Assembly (NCBI GenBank): GCA_030537145.1
Contig: JAUNON010000008.1
Span: forward strand, 1,532 to 65,531
Reading direction: 5' to 3'
DNA length: 64,000 bases
Source: Lachnospiraceae bacterium
Lineage (GTDB): Bacteria > Bacillota > Clostridia > Lachnospirales > Lachnospiraceae
Both the position numbers and the translations under genes were made by a program. Positions 45,496 to 59,093 of this stretch are shown one piece after another; the first letter of the stretch is position 1; each line of letters begins with the position of its first letter. A model generated the notes under the pieces. That model did no database searches, was not told the DNA's origin, and saw nothing but the letters and a program-made list of their open reading frames with translations.

Positions 45496-47406
45496 CTACC
45501 CTTTACATCTTTCTTTTCTTCCGCAGGTCTCCAGATAAACCAAAAGAACGGAGATATCTGCCGGTGAAACACCGGAAATTCTGGATGCCTGTCCTATAGA
45601 AACCGGATGTATCATCTTCAGCTTCTGTCTTGCCTCTGTCCGCAGGCTGGGAACGTCATCATAATTTAAAAAATCCGGTATTTTCTTTTCTTCCAGCTTC
45701 TTGAATTGCTCTACCTGCTTTAACTGCCGCTTAATATAGCCCTCATATTTTATATTAATATTCACCTGATCTGCCACATCCTCCGGCAGCTCCGGTCTGC
45801 TTTCATCGATCTCAGAAAGCATTTGATAATCCAGCTCCGGACGTCGGATCAGCTCTCCAATTGTAATTGATGATTTCAGCGGAGCGCTTCCATGCTTCAC
45901 CAAAAACTTCTGTACGCTTTCACTCCCGCCTACCGCAGCTTCCTCTACCCGTTTCATTTCCTGACGGATCAATTGTTTTTTCTTCTGAAAACGCTCATAG
46001 CGCTCCTGAGAAATCAATCCTGCCCGGTATCCCTTCTCTGTCAGCCTCATATCCGCATTATCCTGACGCAGCAAAAGCCGGTATTCCGAACGGGAAGTCA
46101 TCATCCGGTACGGCTCATGATTCTCCTTTGTCACCAGATCATCAATTAATACGCCTATGTATCCTTCCGAACGGTCAATGATCAAAGGCTCCTTTCCAAA
46201 CACAGACATAGCTGCATTGATACCCGCCACCAGTCCCTGAGCTGCCGCTTCTTCATAGCCAGAGCTTCCGTTAAACTGGCCGCCGCTGAATAAACCTTTT
46301 ATCTTCTTAAACTCCAAGGTTGCATACAACTGCATGGGATTGATACAGTCATACTCAATAGCATAAGCATTCTTTACGATTTTGGCATTCTCCAGACCGG
46401 GAACCGTATGATACATTTCAATCTGCACATCTTCCGGAAGGGAGCTGGACATTCCGCCCACATACATTTCATTTGTGAACAATCCTTCCGGTTCAATAAA
46501 TACCTGATGCCGCTCCTTGTCCGCAAATCTTACCACCTTATCTTCAATTGAGGGACAATATCTCGGACCGGTTCCTTCGATTATTCCGGAATAAAGCGGA
46601 GATCTGTCCAGATTCTCACGAATAATCCTATGCGTTTCCTCGTTGGTATAGGTCAGCCAGCAGGATACCTGTTCAATCTGCACCTTCTCCGGATCTGTCT
46701 CAAAAGAAAAGGGAACAACCCGCTTATCTCCAAACTGCTCCTCCATTTTGGAATAATCAATCGTCTTTCCATCCATTCTTGCCGGAGTTCCTGTTTTAAA
46801 CCGGAACATTTCGATTCCGTGTTCTTTTAGAGAATCTGTCAGATAATTCGCTGCCTGCAGACCATTCGGCCCTGTATTCGTGCTCACGTCTCCATAAATA
46901 CAGCGGGCCTTCAAATAGGTTCCGGTACAAAGAACACAGGCTCTGCAGTGATAAACCGCACCGGAATAAGTCTTTACTCCCGTAATTCTTCCTTTCTCTG
47001 TAATAATCTCCGTTACTTCCATCTGACGGATGGATAAATGCTCTGTATTTTCCAGCGTCATGCGCATTTGCCTGCTGTATTCTGCCTTATCTGCCTGAGC
47101 ACGCAGAGAATGGACCGCAGGACCCTTTGACTGATTCAGCATTTTGGACTGAATAAAGGTCTTATCAATATTTTTTCCCATCTCTCCGCCCAGCGCATCT
47201 ACCTCCCGCACCAGATGTCCCTTTGAACTGCCTCCGATATTAGGATTGCAGGGCATCATTGCAATACTGTCTGCACTTACCGTAAAAATAACCGTCTCAA
47301 GGCCCAGTCTTGCACAAGCCAGCGCTGCCTCGCAGCCCGCATGGCCTGCTCCTACCACCACCACATCCACCGTTTCTTCTGCATACTTCCGCACAGTATT
47401 TTCCAT
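45496..47406 (-). CDS. mnmG: tRNA uridine 5-carboxymethylaminomethyl modification enzyme MnmG (GidA)
   Basis: [19 protein letters not shown] motif and full-length GidA similarity. The start is ambiguous, with in-frame ATGs at 47448, 47427 and 47406. Confidence 0.95.
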   Translation of the reverse strand: MENTVRKYAEETVDVVVVGAGHAGCEAALACARLGLETVIFTVSADSIAMMPCNPNIGGSSKGHLVREVDALGGEMGKNIDKTFIQSKMLNQSKGPAVHSLRAQADKAEYSRQMRMTLENTEHLSIRQMEVTEIITEKGRITGVKTYSGAVYHCRACVLCTGTYLKARCIYGDVSTNTGPNGLQAANYLTDSLKEHGIEMFRFKTGTPARMDGKTIDYSKMEEQFGDKRVVPFSFETDPEKVQIEQVSCWLTYTNEETHRIIRENLDRSPLYSGIIEGTGPRYCPSIEDKVVRFADKERHQVFIEPEGLFTNEMYVGGMSSSLPEDVQIEMYHTVPGLENAKIVKNAYAIEYDCINPMQLYATLEFKKIKGLFSGGQFNGSSGYEEAAAQGLVAGINAAMSVFGKEPLIIDRSEGYIGVLIDDLVTKENHEPYRMMTSRSEYRLLLRQDNADMRLTEKGYRAGLISQERYERFQKKKQLIRQEMKRVEEAAVGGSESVQKFLVKHGSAPLKSSITIGELIRRPELDYQMLSEIDESRPELPEDVADQVNINIKYEGYIKRQLKQVEQFKKLEEKKIPDFLNYDDVPSLRTEARQKLKMIHPVSIGQASRISGVSPADISVLLVYLETCGRKERCKG

Positions 47407-47481
47407 ACTACTTCTATCTCCATCCATACCTTTTCGTAACGCTTCCATCCGTATCCGGCTCCGTTTTATCGATGAGCCGCT

Positions 47482-48861
47482 TTATTTCCCCATACAGAAT
47501 TTGCTGAATATTTCATTAACCAGATCTTCTCCCGTCTGTTCACCGATAATCCCCCCAAGCGCCTCATAGGCGCTCATCAAATCAATCGAAAAGAAATCCT
47601 CGGGCATTCCTGCCTGAATGCTTTTTTCCACCTGACGCAGGCTCTCAAGAGAATTTATCATCAGGTTTTTCTGCCGGATATTGGTGATATAGATCTGATC
47701 GTTAAATGAAATCTCACCTTGATAAAACATATCCCTTATGACCTGCTCCAACTGTTCAATCCCCGTATCATTCCGGGCAGAAATGGGAAGCACCTTATGA
47801 TCTCCCACCCTATCCTGCAGCTCATCCTCTGTAATTACCGGTTCCAGATCTGTCTTATTCAATAAAACAACCGCTTTTTTTCCCTGAAGCATTTCTATAA
47901 TTTTTTCATCATTCTGATCCAGTCTGGTAGAAGAATCTGCTACGTAAATTACCAGATCCGCATCCCGAACATTTTCCCTTGCCTTTTCCACACCGATCTT
48001 TTCTACCAGATCATCCGTCTCCCGAATTCCTGCCGTATCCATAAGATTCAGCGTAATTCCATGAAGAGAAATGGTTTCTGTCAAAATATCCCTGGTCGTT
48101 CCGGCCACATCCGTTACGATTGCCCGCTCCTGACCTAATAAAGCATTCAAAAGAGACGATTTTCCGGCATTTGGCTTTCCGGCAATTACCGTTTTTATCC
48201 CTTCCTTCATCCTTCTTCCGTTTTCCGCAGAATGTATCAGATGCGTCAGCTTTTCCATCCATTTTTCATTCTCATGAAAAAGTCTGTCCGGATAACCCTC
48301 CAGGCTAATATGCTCCGGATCATCCAAAGCCGATTCAATAAAAGCAATATGGTAAAGCAGCTCTTCCCTCAGTTCTCGTATCATCCGGTACACAGAACCC
48401 CTTAGCTGGCTGACAGAAGATTTCAGAGCATATTCATTCTTTGCCTGAATTACATCCATTACGGCCTCCGCCTGGGATAGGTCAATTCTCCCATTTAAAA
48501 AAGCCCGCTTTGTAAATTCTCCCGGCTCCGCCGGTCTTGCCCCATATTTCAGTACCGTTTCCAGAATACGCTTCATCGCATAAACGCCGCCATGGCAGTT
48601 AATCTCAACCGTATCTTCCGCCGTAAAGCTTCTGGGTCCCCGCATCAGCATAACCAGCACTTCATCAATAATCTCATCCCCATCACAAACAAACCCATAA
48701 TGAATCGTATGGGATTTTTCTTCGGAAAGCTTCTTTTGTTTTCCCTTCGCCCGATAGACACGGTCAATCACCTGAAATGCATTTTCACCGCTGATCCGGA
48801 TAATTCCAATTCCTGACTCACTTACTGCCGTAGAAATTGCGGCAATCGTATCCTTATACAT
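47482..48861 (-). CDS. mnmE: tRNA modification GTPase MnmE (TrmE)
   Basis: [12 protein letters not shown].., G1 motif [12 protein letters not shown] and a C-terminal FCMGK. The 48873 start in the track is a GTG. Confidence 0.95.
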   Translation of the reverse strand: MYKDTIAAISTAVSESGIGIIRISGENAFQVIDRVYRAKGKQKKLSEEKSHTIHYGFVCDGDEIIDEVLVMLMRGPRSFTAEDTVEINCHGGVYAMKRILETVLKYGARPAEPGEFTKRAFLNGRIDLSQAEAVMDVIQAKNEYALKSSVSQLRGSVYRMIRELREELLYHIAFIESALDDPEHISLEGYPDRLFHENEKWMEKLTHLIHSAENGRRMKEGIKTVIAGKPNAGKSSLLNALLGQERAIVTDVAGTTRDILTETISLHGITLNLMDTAGIRETDDLVEKIGVEKARENVRDADLVIYVADSSTRLDQNDEKIIEMLQGKKAVVLLNKTDLEPVITEDELQDRVGDHKVLPISARNDTGIEQLEQVIRDMFYQGEISFNDQIYITNIRQKNLMINSLESLRQVEKSIQAGMPEDFFSIDLMSAYEALGGIIGEQTGEDLVNEIFSKFCMGK

Positions 48862-49048
48862 CCTATTCACCACTTTACTGAATTTTAGCCTTTTAACCCT
48901 TGCACCATTATATTATAGATGCGAAGTGTAATTCAAGCCCCTACGGAATGAAAAACCTGTGTGTGCTTCGCACACTCCTGCGTTCCAATATTTCGACAGC
49001 ACAGCTTTTGTTCCGCGCGCATAGCTGCGCATTATTTGCCCAAAGTGC

Positions 49049-49092
49049 TTTTTATGATATAGGAAAGTGAGAAGTTTCCTATATCATAAAAA
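49049..49092. repeat. 16-bp perfect hairpin ('element Y') between jag and mnmE
   Basis: TTTTTATGATATAGGA-aagtgagaagtt-TCCTATATCATAAAAA. A partial related copy lies in the opposite orientation at 63568-63600. Confidence 0.65.
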
Positions 49093-49167
49093 AGATGTGC
49101 CTGTATCTCAAATTCCGCATCCGAGATAAATGCACATCCTTTTTCAGATCTAAATTATAACCCGCTC

Positions 49168-50289
49168 TTACTCAGCAGAATTTTCTTTTCCCTGCTGTTC
49201 CGCATTTTCATTTTTCGAAATCCGGTTCTGATATCCGCCTCTTTCTCTTTTCTTCAGCGTTACCACTACTTTTCTGCAGGGCTCTTCTCCTTCGCTATGA
49301 GTCGTTACATAAGGATCATTCTGCAGGGCAGAATGGATGATCCTTCTCTCATAAGGATTCATAGGCTCCAGATAAACCGGCCTTCTGGTCTTTTTTACTT
49401 TATAAGCAATATTCTTTGCCAGATTTTCCAGGGTAGCTTTTCTTCTGTTCCGGTAATTTTCGGTATCCACCTTTACACGAATATAAGAGGATTTTCCTTT
49501 ATTTACCACCAGACTTACCAGATACTGAATGGAATCCAGAGTTTGTCCTCTTTTTCCGATCAGAACACCCATATCATCGCCGGACAAATCTACCGTCAGA
49601 GTATCATCCTTATATTCCGCCTGAATAATCACCTGCATTTCCATAGCGCTGAACATATCCTTCAGGAATTTTTCTGCACGCTCTTCCGCTTCCCTGGGAT
49701 CTACCGGAGTCTTAGGAAGCTTGGACTGATTTTCTTCATGAAGGAATTCTTCTTTTACAGCATCAAATTCGGCAGCCTCCATATTTTCTTTTGAATTTTC
49801 TTTTACATTATCTTTTTTGAAATTCTTTTCTGCCTTCTCCGTATTTTTCTTTTCCTTATCGAACTTTTTCGGTTCTTTTTCCGGTTTCCTGCTCTCCCTA
49901 TCCGGCTTTTTGTTTTCCTTTTCCGGCTTTACAGCTTCTTTTTCTGCCCGAAAGCTTTCCTTTTCCGTCTTTTCCTGTTTTCTCGACTCTCTCTCGGTTC
50001 TCTTTGATTCCCGTTCAAACTTTCTTGATTCTCTTTCTAAAGAACGGTTTTCTTTTCTGGGAGACGCAGCCTTCGGCTTTTCACCGAACACTTCATTGAT
50101 GATATCTTCATCTGTCTTTTTCTTCTTGGCTTCAATTACTGCCTTTTTCGCTCCAATTCCAAGAAAACCCTTCGTTTCTCTTTCAATGATCTTATATTCA
50201 ATATTATCACTGCTGGTTCCAAGCTGGATAGAAGCTTCAATAATAGCATCCTCTACTGTTTTTGCAGTTACTCTTATATACTCTTCCAT
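49168..50289 (-). CDS. jag: Jag/KhpB RNA-binding protein (Jag-N, KH and R3H domains) with an expanded K/E-rich linker
   Basis: MEEYIRVTAKTVEDAIIEAS (Jag_N) and C-terminal ..ERRIIHSALQNDPYVTTHSEGEEP (R3H). A charged linker of roughly 110-130 aa lies in between. Confidence 0.9.
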   Translation of the reverse strand: MEEYIRVTAKTVEDAIIEASIQLGTSSDNIEYKIIERETKGFLGIGAKKAVIEAKKKKTDEDIINEVFGEKPKAASPRKENRSLERESRKFERESKRTERESRKQEKTEKESFRAEKEAVKPEKENKKPDRESRKPEKEPKKFDKEKKNTEKAEKNFKKDNVKENSKENMEAAEFDAVKEEFLHEENQSKLPKTPVDPREAEERAEKFLKDMFSAMEMQVIIQAEYKDDTLTVDLSGDDMGVLIGKRGQTLDSIQYLVSLVVNKGKSSYIRVKVDTENYRNRRKATLENLAKNIAYKVKKTRRPVYLEPMNPYERRIIHSALQNDPYVTTHSEGEEPCRKVVVTLKKRERGGYQNRISKNENAEQQGKENSAE

Positions 50290-50300
50290 TTTCTCACTCC

Positions 50301-51584
50301 CTATTTTTTACTGTGAGTTTCATTGTACTGTTTTACCATCTGAGCCTTTGCCGCCAGACTGCCGGGCTTTGCATTGCTTACCTTTCCATTGGTATCCGGT
50401 ATTTTTCCGGCCTGCTTCTGCATATCTGACTTTGTATTCTTCTTGGAATTATTTGCGTAGATGGAGCTTGTATTAATATTTCTGGTACTCATCTTCGCAT
50501 TTTCATTCATTCTCTGAGGTGGAAGTCCCTGTTTTTCACGCTTTTTATTCATCTTTTCCAGGTTCTTCTTCATGATCTCATCCAGATCCATCTTATCAAT
50601 ATGCTTATTGATCACGAGCTGCTGAATACTTCGAACCACGGCACCGGCAATCCAGTAAATACCAAGACCAACCGGCAAGGTCAGACAGAATACCGCCGAC
50701 ATCAGAGGCATAACCGTATTCATGGTTTTCATAGTACCTGCCATAGTATCATCAGCCGCAGCTTTATTGTTATTTCCGCTGACCGATGACATCAGCTTCG
50801 TATTCAGCCACTGAGTAAGAGCAGATAAAATAGGAATCAAAGCTGCTCCGATCACCATCAGAATTGCACCTGTTTTCAGGGATGTAGTAATGATATTCAG
50901 AGGAGAATCTGCAATATTCAGCCCCAGAAAATAGTTCATATGGTCTACCTGATTCTGGGTATTAACAATCAAATCTTTTAAATTCGGAAACTGCTCGGAC
51001 AGCGCCGTCCAGTTTGCCGGCTTGAATTTATAGAGTACATCTACAATCGTGAGATTTGTCATCTCTTTAAAAGATACATTCAAACCGGAAGCAGCCGAAG
51101 TCAGAAAATCCTGGGCTCCTGTGGTATTGATCAGTTTTTCCGCTAAGGGAAGAAAGGCTTCCTTTACCTGGGAAACGTATGCAGGAATATTCCAGATTAC
51201 CTGATACAATGCAAACAGAATCGGCATCTGAACAATCAACTGCAAGCAGCTTCCCATTGGATTTACGCCGTATTTTGCATAAACTGCCTGAGTCTCCTCA
51301 TTCATCTTCATCATAGCAGCCTGATCCTGATTTTTTCCTTTATACTTTTTCTGAATAGCCTGCAGCTCCGGATTCATCTTGGCAGATAATCTGGAAAATT
51401 TTTGCTGCTGAATGGTCAAAGGAGTCAGTAGCATATAGATCACGATCGTGAACAAAATAATGCAAAGACCAATATTCGCTAATCCAATTTTATCCTGAAG
51501 CCAGTAAATAGCGCTCATAATATATCCCAAAAGAGAGGCTATAGGACCAATCAGAAACGTGCTGCTTTTGGTTAATAACAACAT
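50301..51584 (-). CDS. yidC: YidC/Oxa1-family membrane protein insertase
   Basis: 427 aa, multi-TM, with a basic C-terminal tail. It sits in the conserved rnpA-yidD-yidC-jag order. Confidence 0.9.
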   Translation of the reverse strand: MLLLTKSSTFLIGPIASLLGYIMSAIYWLQDKIGLANIGLCIILFTIVIYMLLTPLTIQQQKFSRLSAKMNPELQAIQKKYKGKNQDQAAMMKMNEETQAVYAKYGVNPMGSCLQLIVQMPILFALYQVIWNIPAYVSQVKEAFLPLAEKLINTTGAQDFLTSAASGLNVSFKEMTNLTIVDVLYKFKPANWTALSEQFPNLKDLIVNTQNQVDHMNYFLGLNIADSPLNIITTSLKTGAILMVIGAALIPILSALTQWLNTKLMSSVSGNNNKAAADDTMAGTMKTMNTVMPLMSAVFCLTLPVGLGIYWIAGAVVRSIQQLVINKHIDKMDLDEIMKKNLEKMNKKREKQGLPPQRMNENAKMSTRNINTSSIYANNSKKNTKSDMQKQAGKIPDTNGKVSNAKPGSLAAKAQMVKQYNETHSKK

Positions 51585-51608
51585 TTTTTCTTTTTCCTCC
51601 TGGTAATT

Positions 51609-51818
51609 TTAGGGGACGGGATCATATCCGCCCTTTGAGAAAGGATTGCATCTCAAGATTCTCCATGCTGCCAAAATTCCGCCCTTGCATACGCCGTATT
51701 TTTCGATTGCCTCCAACCCATACTGAGAACAGGTTGGAAAATAAGGACATTTGGTAGATTTCATTGGAGACAGGTATTTTTGATACAATCGGATCAATTT
51801 AATGAAAATTTTCTTCAT
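51609..51818 (-). CDS. yidD: Membrane protein insertion efficiency factor YidD
   Basis: 69 aa with [23 protein letters not shown]. Confidence 0.95.
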   Translation of the reverse strand: MKKIFIKLIRLYQKYLSPMKSTKCPYFPTCSQYGLEAIEKYGVCKGGILAAWRILRCNPFSKGGYDPVP

Positions 51819-52195
51819 TTTCTATCATTCTTTTCTATTAGAGTTTCTGTCGTATTCTCCTCCCGCAGGATACCATGCAGCTTGGCGAGATGAAGAAGTG
51901 CGCGTTCGATTTCAAAGAAATTTCTTTCTTTCGCACCAGGCCTTGCTATTACAATCATATCAAGACCGCCAACAAATTTTTTTTCATTTAAACGATAGCT
52001 TTCACGGATTAATCTGGTAAGACGATGCCTTACTACACTATTTCCAACTTTTTTACTTACTGATATTCCTACCCTGTTCCTATTTTTTTCACAGGGAAGA
52101 ACATACATTACCAGATATTTATTTCCATAGGACTTTCCGTTTCGATAGATAAACTGAAAATCTCTGTTCTTTTTCAAAGATTCTGAAAATTCCAT
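51815..52195 (-). CDS. rnpA: Ribonuclease P protein component
   Basis: 126 aa with [19 protein letters not shown] (RNR-type motif); 4-nt overlap with yidD. Confidence 0.95.
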   Translation of the reverse strand: MEFSESLKKNRDFQFIYRNGKSYGNKYLVMYVLPCEKNRNRVGISVSKKVGNSVVRHRLTRLIRESYRLNEKKFVGGLDMIVIARPGAKERNFFEIERALLHLAKLHGILREENTTETLIEKNDRK

Positions 52196-52236
52196 AAAAT
52201 ACTCCTATGAAAAGGAAAAGACCACAATTACGTGGC

Positions 52237-52371
52237 CTATACTGTCAATGATTTTCTTCCTTTTGCTCTTCTGGCAGCTAATACTTTTCTTCCGCCAGCA
52301 GTGCTCATTCTCGCACGGAAGCCATGCACCTTTGCGTGAGACCGCTTTTTCGGCTGAAATGTCATCTTCAT
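52237..52371 (-). CDS. rpmH: 50S ribosomal protein L34
   Basis: My own translation (below the ORF-track size cutoff): [44 protein letters not shown]. Confidence 0.95.
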   Translation of the reverse strand: MKMTFQPKKRSHAKVHGFRARMSTAGGRKVLAARRAKGRKSLTV

Positions 52372-52523
52372 AGTCCGGCACCTCCTTTACCTCACCAAAT
52401 ATCTATCATAATTGGTTCTTTTTAATATAAAACAGTGAGAAAACATCATTTTGATTATATTCACAAAATCCTTTCCAGTCAAGTAATTCCTTTATTTTTT
52501 TCATATTTTAAATCCATACACAT

Positions 52524-52763
52524 CTATCCACTCTCTTTTCCTGAGTTATCCACATTTTGTTGACAGTTTGTGGATAAATTCATGAAACTGTGTTTACTAT
52601 TTTATCCACATTTTCTGTTTTTTCCGTTTTTTCAACCAGAATCCGCAGACCATGCATTGTGTAAAACTGAATCGAATTATACACATTTTTGTCTTTTCCC
52701 TTCCTTTCCTTCGACATTCTCCGAACAAATTGTGGATAATTCTCCAGATTCTGATGTGGATAA
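52524..52763. promoter_or_regulatory. oriC part 1: DnaA-box cluster upstream of dnaA
   Basis: Perfect TTATCCACA/TGTGGATAA boxes at 52546-52554, 52569-52577, 52602-52610, 52731-52739 and 52755-52763. A 7/9 box (CTATCCACT) lies at 52524-52532. Confidence 0.85.
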
Positions 52764-52853
52764 ATATGAGAAAGATGAAAAGTTTTGATTGATAAATTGC
52801 AGTATTTAGTTTAATATTATTGTAGGGAAAATTGGGGTAAGGAGTAATACACA

Positions 52854-54221
52854 ATGGACGTTATCAGAGAAAAATGGGAAGAAATTCTCTATACAGTGAA
52901 AGTGGAACATGAACTTTCTGAAATCTCTTTCAAAACCTGGTTAAAACCTCTGCAGGTACACAGCGTCAGCGATCATGTCGTTACGATTCTGGTGCCGTCC
53001 GAACAGATGGGAATCAATTATATAAATAAGAAATATATGTTTCCTATTAAAGTCGCAATTGCAGAAATTACCGGAACAGAATATGATATTGAATTTATTC
53101 TTCCGGAACAGGCCCAAAATAGAGAACAAAAGACTGCCGCTCCATCCGCTTTAAAAAAGAATGTAAAACTAAACAGTGTAATTGAGAGAGCAAATTTAAA
53201 CCCGAAATATACCTTTGACACTTTTGTTGTAGGCAATAACAACAAATTTGCTCATGCCGCTGCTCTTGCGGTAGCTGAATCTCCGGGAAAAATGTACAAC
53301 CCCCTGTTTATTTACGGAGGAGCCGGACTGGGAAAAACACACCTGATGCATTCCATTGCTCATTTTATTCTTTCCCAAGATTCAGACAAAAAAGTAATCT
53401 ATGTTACCAGTGAAATTTTTACCAATGAATTGATTGAAGCCATACGAAATGGAAATAATACAGCTATCACTGCATTTCGTGAAAAGTACCGCAATGTAGA
53501 TGTGCTGCTGATCGATGATATCCAGTTTATCATAGGAAAGGAAGCGACCCAGGAGGAGTTTTTCCATACCTTCAATGAGCTGCATGGAAACGGAAAGCAG
53601 ATCATCATCTCCAGTGATAAGCCTCCCAAAGAAATTGAAACCCTGGAAGCAAGACTTCGTTCCCGTTTTGAATGGGGTATCCTGGCAGATATTTCTTCTC
53701 CTGATTATGAAACCAGGATGGCTATCCTACATAAAAAAGAGGAAATGGATGGATACAATATTGACAATGAAGTAATCAAATACATTGCCACAAATATTAA
53801 ATCCAACATCCGTGAGCTGGAGGGCGCCCTGAATAAACTGGTTGCCTTAAGTAATCTGGAAAACCGGGAAATTACTGTAGAGCTGGCGGAAGATGCTCTG
53901 AAGGACATTATTTCTCCGGATATGAAACGAGATATTACTCCCCAGCTTATTATTGACACAGTGGCCGAGCATTTTAATATCTCTCCCAGCGATATTTCCA
54001 GCAACAAACGAAACAGCGAAATCGTAATTCCCCGCCAGATCGTTATGTATTTATGCCGTACCCTGATCGATATCCCGCTGAAATCCATTGGAACCTTTGT
54101 TGGAAAACGGGATCATTCCACAGTGATCCACGGTATAAAAAAAATCGAGGAGGAGATCGATAATTCCGACACCATGCGGAATACGATCGAAATTATAAAG
54201 AAAAAACTGAATCCGAGTTAA
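52854..54221 (+). CDS. dnaA: Chromosomal replication initiator protein DnaA
   Basis: 455 aa with the GGAGLGKTHL Walker A and the C-terminal DNA-binding helix region ..GKRDHSTVIHGIKKI. Confidence 0.97.
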   Translation: MDVIREKWEEILYTVKVEHELSEISFKTWLKPLQVHSVSDHVVTILVPSEQMGINYINKKYMFPIKVAIAEITGTEYDIEFILPEQAQNREQKTAAPSALKKNVKLNSVIERANLNPKYTFDTFVVGNNNKFAHAAALAVAESPGKMYNPLFIYGGAGLGKTHLMHSIAHFILSQDSDKKVIYVTSEIFTNELIEAIRNGNNTAITAFREKYRNVDVLLIDDIQFIIGKEATQEEFFHTFNELHGNGKQIIISSDKPPKEIETLEARLRSRFEWGILADISSPDYETRMAILHKKEEMDGYNIDNEVIKYIATNIKSNIRELEGALNKLVALSNLENREITVELAEDALKDIISPDMKRDITPQLIIDTVAEHFNISPSDISSNKRNSEIVIPRQIVMYLCRTLIDIPLKSIGTFVGKRDHSTVIHGIKKIEEEIDNSDTMRNTIEIIKKKLNPS

Positions 54222-54223
54222 AG

Positions 54224-54252
54224 TTATCCACATTTTTATCCACTTATCCACT
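54224..54252. promoter_or_regulatory. oriC part 2: three DnaA boxes immediately after the dnaA stop
   Basis: TTATCCACA (54224-54232), TTATCCACT (54236-54244) and TTATCCACT (54244-54252). An AT-rich run, TTTTTATTATTATTATATA, lies at about 54467-54487. Confidence 0.75.
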
Positions 54253-54521
54253 TTATAATTTTACTGAAGATGTGAACTGGTGTTCACAACCAGCACTCCC
54301 AGGAAACTGCAAAAACACGGACGATTCCTGAGAATGTTTATAAACCGGAACTTATCCAAGGGAAAAAGGGAGCTTTCCACATACCTTTTCCCAGCAGTTT
54401 TTCTTGTATCTAAGGGCCTTACAAAGCTTTTACACATATTCACACCTACTAAGGCTATGACTACGGGTTTTTATTATTATTATATAGATGCTGCACGCAC
54501 AAGGAAAGGAAGAATCGCAAC

Positions 54522-55625
54522 ATGAAAATCATCTGTTCAAAAGCTGACCTGCTAAAAGGCGTCAATATTGTAATGAAAGCAGTACCTTCCAAAACGACGA
54601 TGCCGATTCTGGAATGCATATTGATTGATGCTTCTGCCGGTCAGATTAAATTTACAGCCAATGACATGGAGTTAGGAATCGAAACTGTAATAGAAGGACG
54701 AATCGAATCCAGAGGAATCATTGCTTTGGATGCAAAATTATTTTCTGAAATTATACGAAAGCTTCCGGATAATGAAGTTGTCATTGAATCAGATGAAAAA
54801 CAAAATACTTCAATCACCTGTGAAAAAGCAAAATTTAATATTATGGGAAAAGAAGGCGATGATTTTTCCAAGCTTCCTATAATTGAAAAAAATGAATCTA
54901 TTTGTATTTCACAATTTACCTTAAAAGAGATAATTCGTCAGACTATTTTTTCGATTGCTCCAAATGATACAAATAAAATGATGACGGGCGAGCTTTTTGA
55001 AATCCAGGAAAACGAATTAAAAGTAGTTTCACTGGATGGACATCGAATTGCGATTCGAAAAATTGAATTAAAAGAAAGCTACGATTCCTATAAGGTAGTA
55101 GTTCCGGGCAAAACTCTGACAGAAATTTCAAAGATTCTCTCCGGCGAGACAGAGGATATGGTTCATATTTATTTTACCCAGAATCATATTATGTTTGAGT
55201 TTGACCAAACCATCGTAGTCTCCAGGCTGATCGAAGGAAATTATTTCCGGATTGACCAGATGCTGTCCAGTGATTATGTGACAAAGGTAACGATTAATAA
55301 ACGGGAAATGCTGGATTGTATCGACCGCGCTACGCTTTTGGTAAAAGAAGGAGATAAAAAGCCGATTATTTTAAATATTACGGATGAGGAAATGGAGCTG
55401 AAGATCAATTCTCAGATCGGATCCATGAATGAAAATATTGATATCCAAAAAGAAGGAAAGGATATTATGATCGGTTTTAATCCGAAGTTTTTAATTGATG
55501 CGCTGCGCGTGATTGATGATGAGACGATTGATATTTACTATGTAAATTCCAAGGCTCCCTGCTTTATCAGAGATGAGAATCAGTCTTATATTTATCTTAT
55601 TTTGCCGGTAAATTTTGTAGCCTGA
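54522..55625 (+). CDS. dnaN: DNA polymerase III beta sliding clamp
   Basis: 367 aa: MKIICSKADLLKGVNIVMKAVPSKTTMPILECILI.. with three-domain clamp collinearity. Confidence 0.95.
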   Translation: MKIICSKADLLKGVNIVMKAVPSKTTMPILECILIDASAGQIKFTANDMELGIETVIEGRIESRGIIALDAKLFSEIIRKLPDNEVVIESDEKQNTSITCEKAKFNIMGKEGDDFSKLPIIEKNESICISQFTLKEIIRQTIFSIAPNDTNKMMTGELFEIQENELKVVSLDGHRIAIRKIELKESYDSYKVVVPGKTLTEISKILSGETEDMVHIYFTQNHIMFEFDQTIVVSRLIEGNYFRIDQMLSSDYVTKVTINKREMLDCIDRATLLVKEGDKKPIILNITDEEMELKINSQIGSMNENIDIQKEGKDIMIGFNPKFLIDALRVIDDETIDIYYVNSKAPCFIRDENQSYIYLILPVNFVA

Positions 55626-55739
55626 TTTTACTGTATAAGTCCAGTTTCAAAGCAAAAACGGATGGACTGCTGGCAGGCCATTCCGGCCATGCTTTCGAGA
55701 CGACAACAGGTACCTGCGAAGCAGGCATGAAAGTTTAGA
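55624..55739 (+). repeat. Short copy of modular intergenic 'element X', filling the dnaN-yaaA spacer
   Basis: It aligns with the minus strand of 28034-28238. Three hairpins are present: GTCCA..TGGAC, GCTGG..CCGGC and CCTGC-GAA-GCAGG. The 3' end runs into the yaaA RBS (GAGGAG). Confidence 0.75.
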
Positions 55740-55747
55740 GGAGAATT

Positions 55748-55957
55748 ATGGAAATAATAAAATTAAAGGATGATTTCATCAAACTGGGCCAGGCCTTGAA
55801 GGCGTCTGGTCTTTGTGAGACCGGTTCGGATGCCAAGGCAGTGATTCAGGACGGCCTGGTAAAGGTGAATGGAGAAACAGAGCTCCAGAGAGGCAAAAAG
55901 CTGTATGACGGAGATGTGGTTTCTTTTGAAGGAAACACGATTCAGATTGTAAAATAG
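55748..55957 (+). CDS. yaaA: S4-domain RNA-binding protein YaaA
   Basis: 69 aa; conserved position between dnaN and recF. Contains ..KLGQALKASGLCETGSDAKAVIQDGLVKVNGE. Confidence 0.85.
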   Translation: MEIIKLKDDFIKLGQALKASGLCETGSDAKAVIQDGLVKVNGETELQRGKKLYDGDVVSFEGNTIQIVK

Positions 55958-55960
55958 ACC

Positions 55961-59028
<3,068 letters not shown>

Positions 59029-59093
59029 GGCAGAAACTTCGCGCTTATGGAAGCGAAAAGCCTGGAATTATTTGATAATAGGGGGAAAAATCA

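Noticed and set aside
54280-54525. 81-aa ORF in the dnaA-dnaN spacer, and the 60-aa minus-strand ORF at 54261-54443.
   Set aside because: They lie in the origin spacer that carries DnaA boxes and an AT-rich run. Neither has an RBS or a meaningful sequence.
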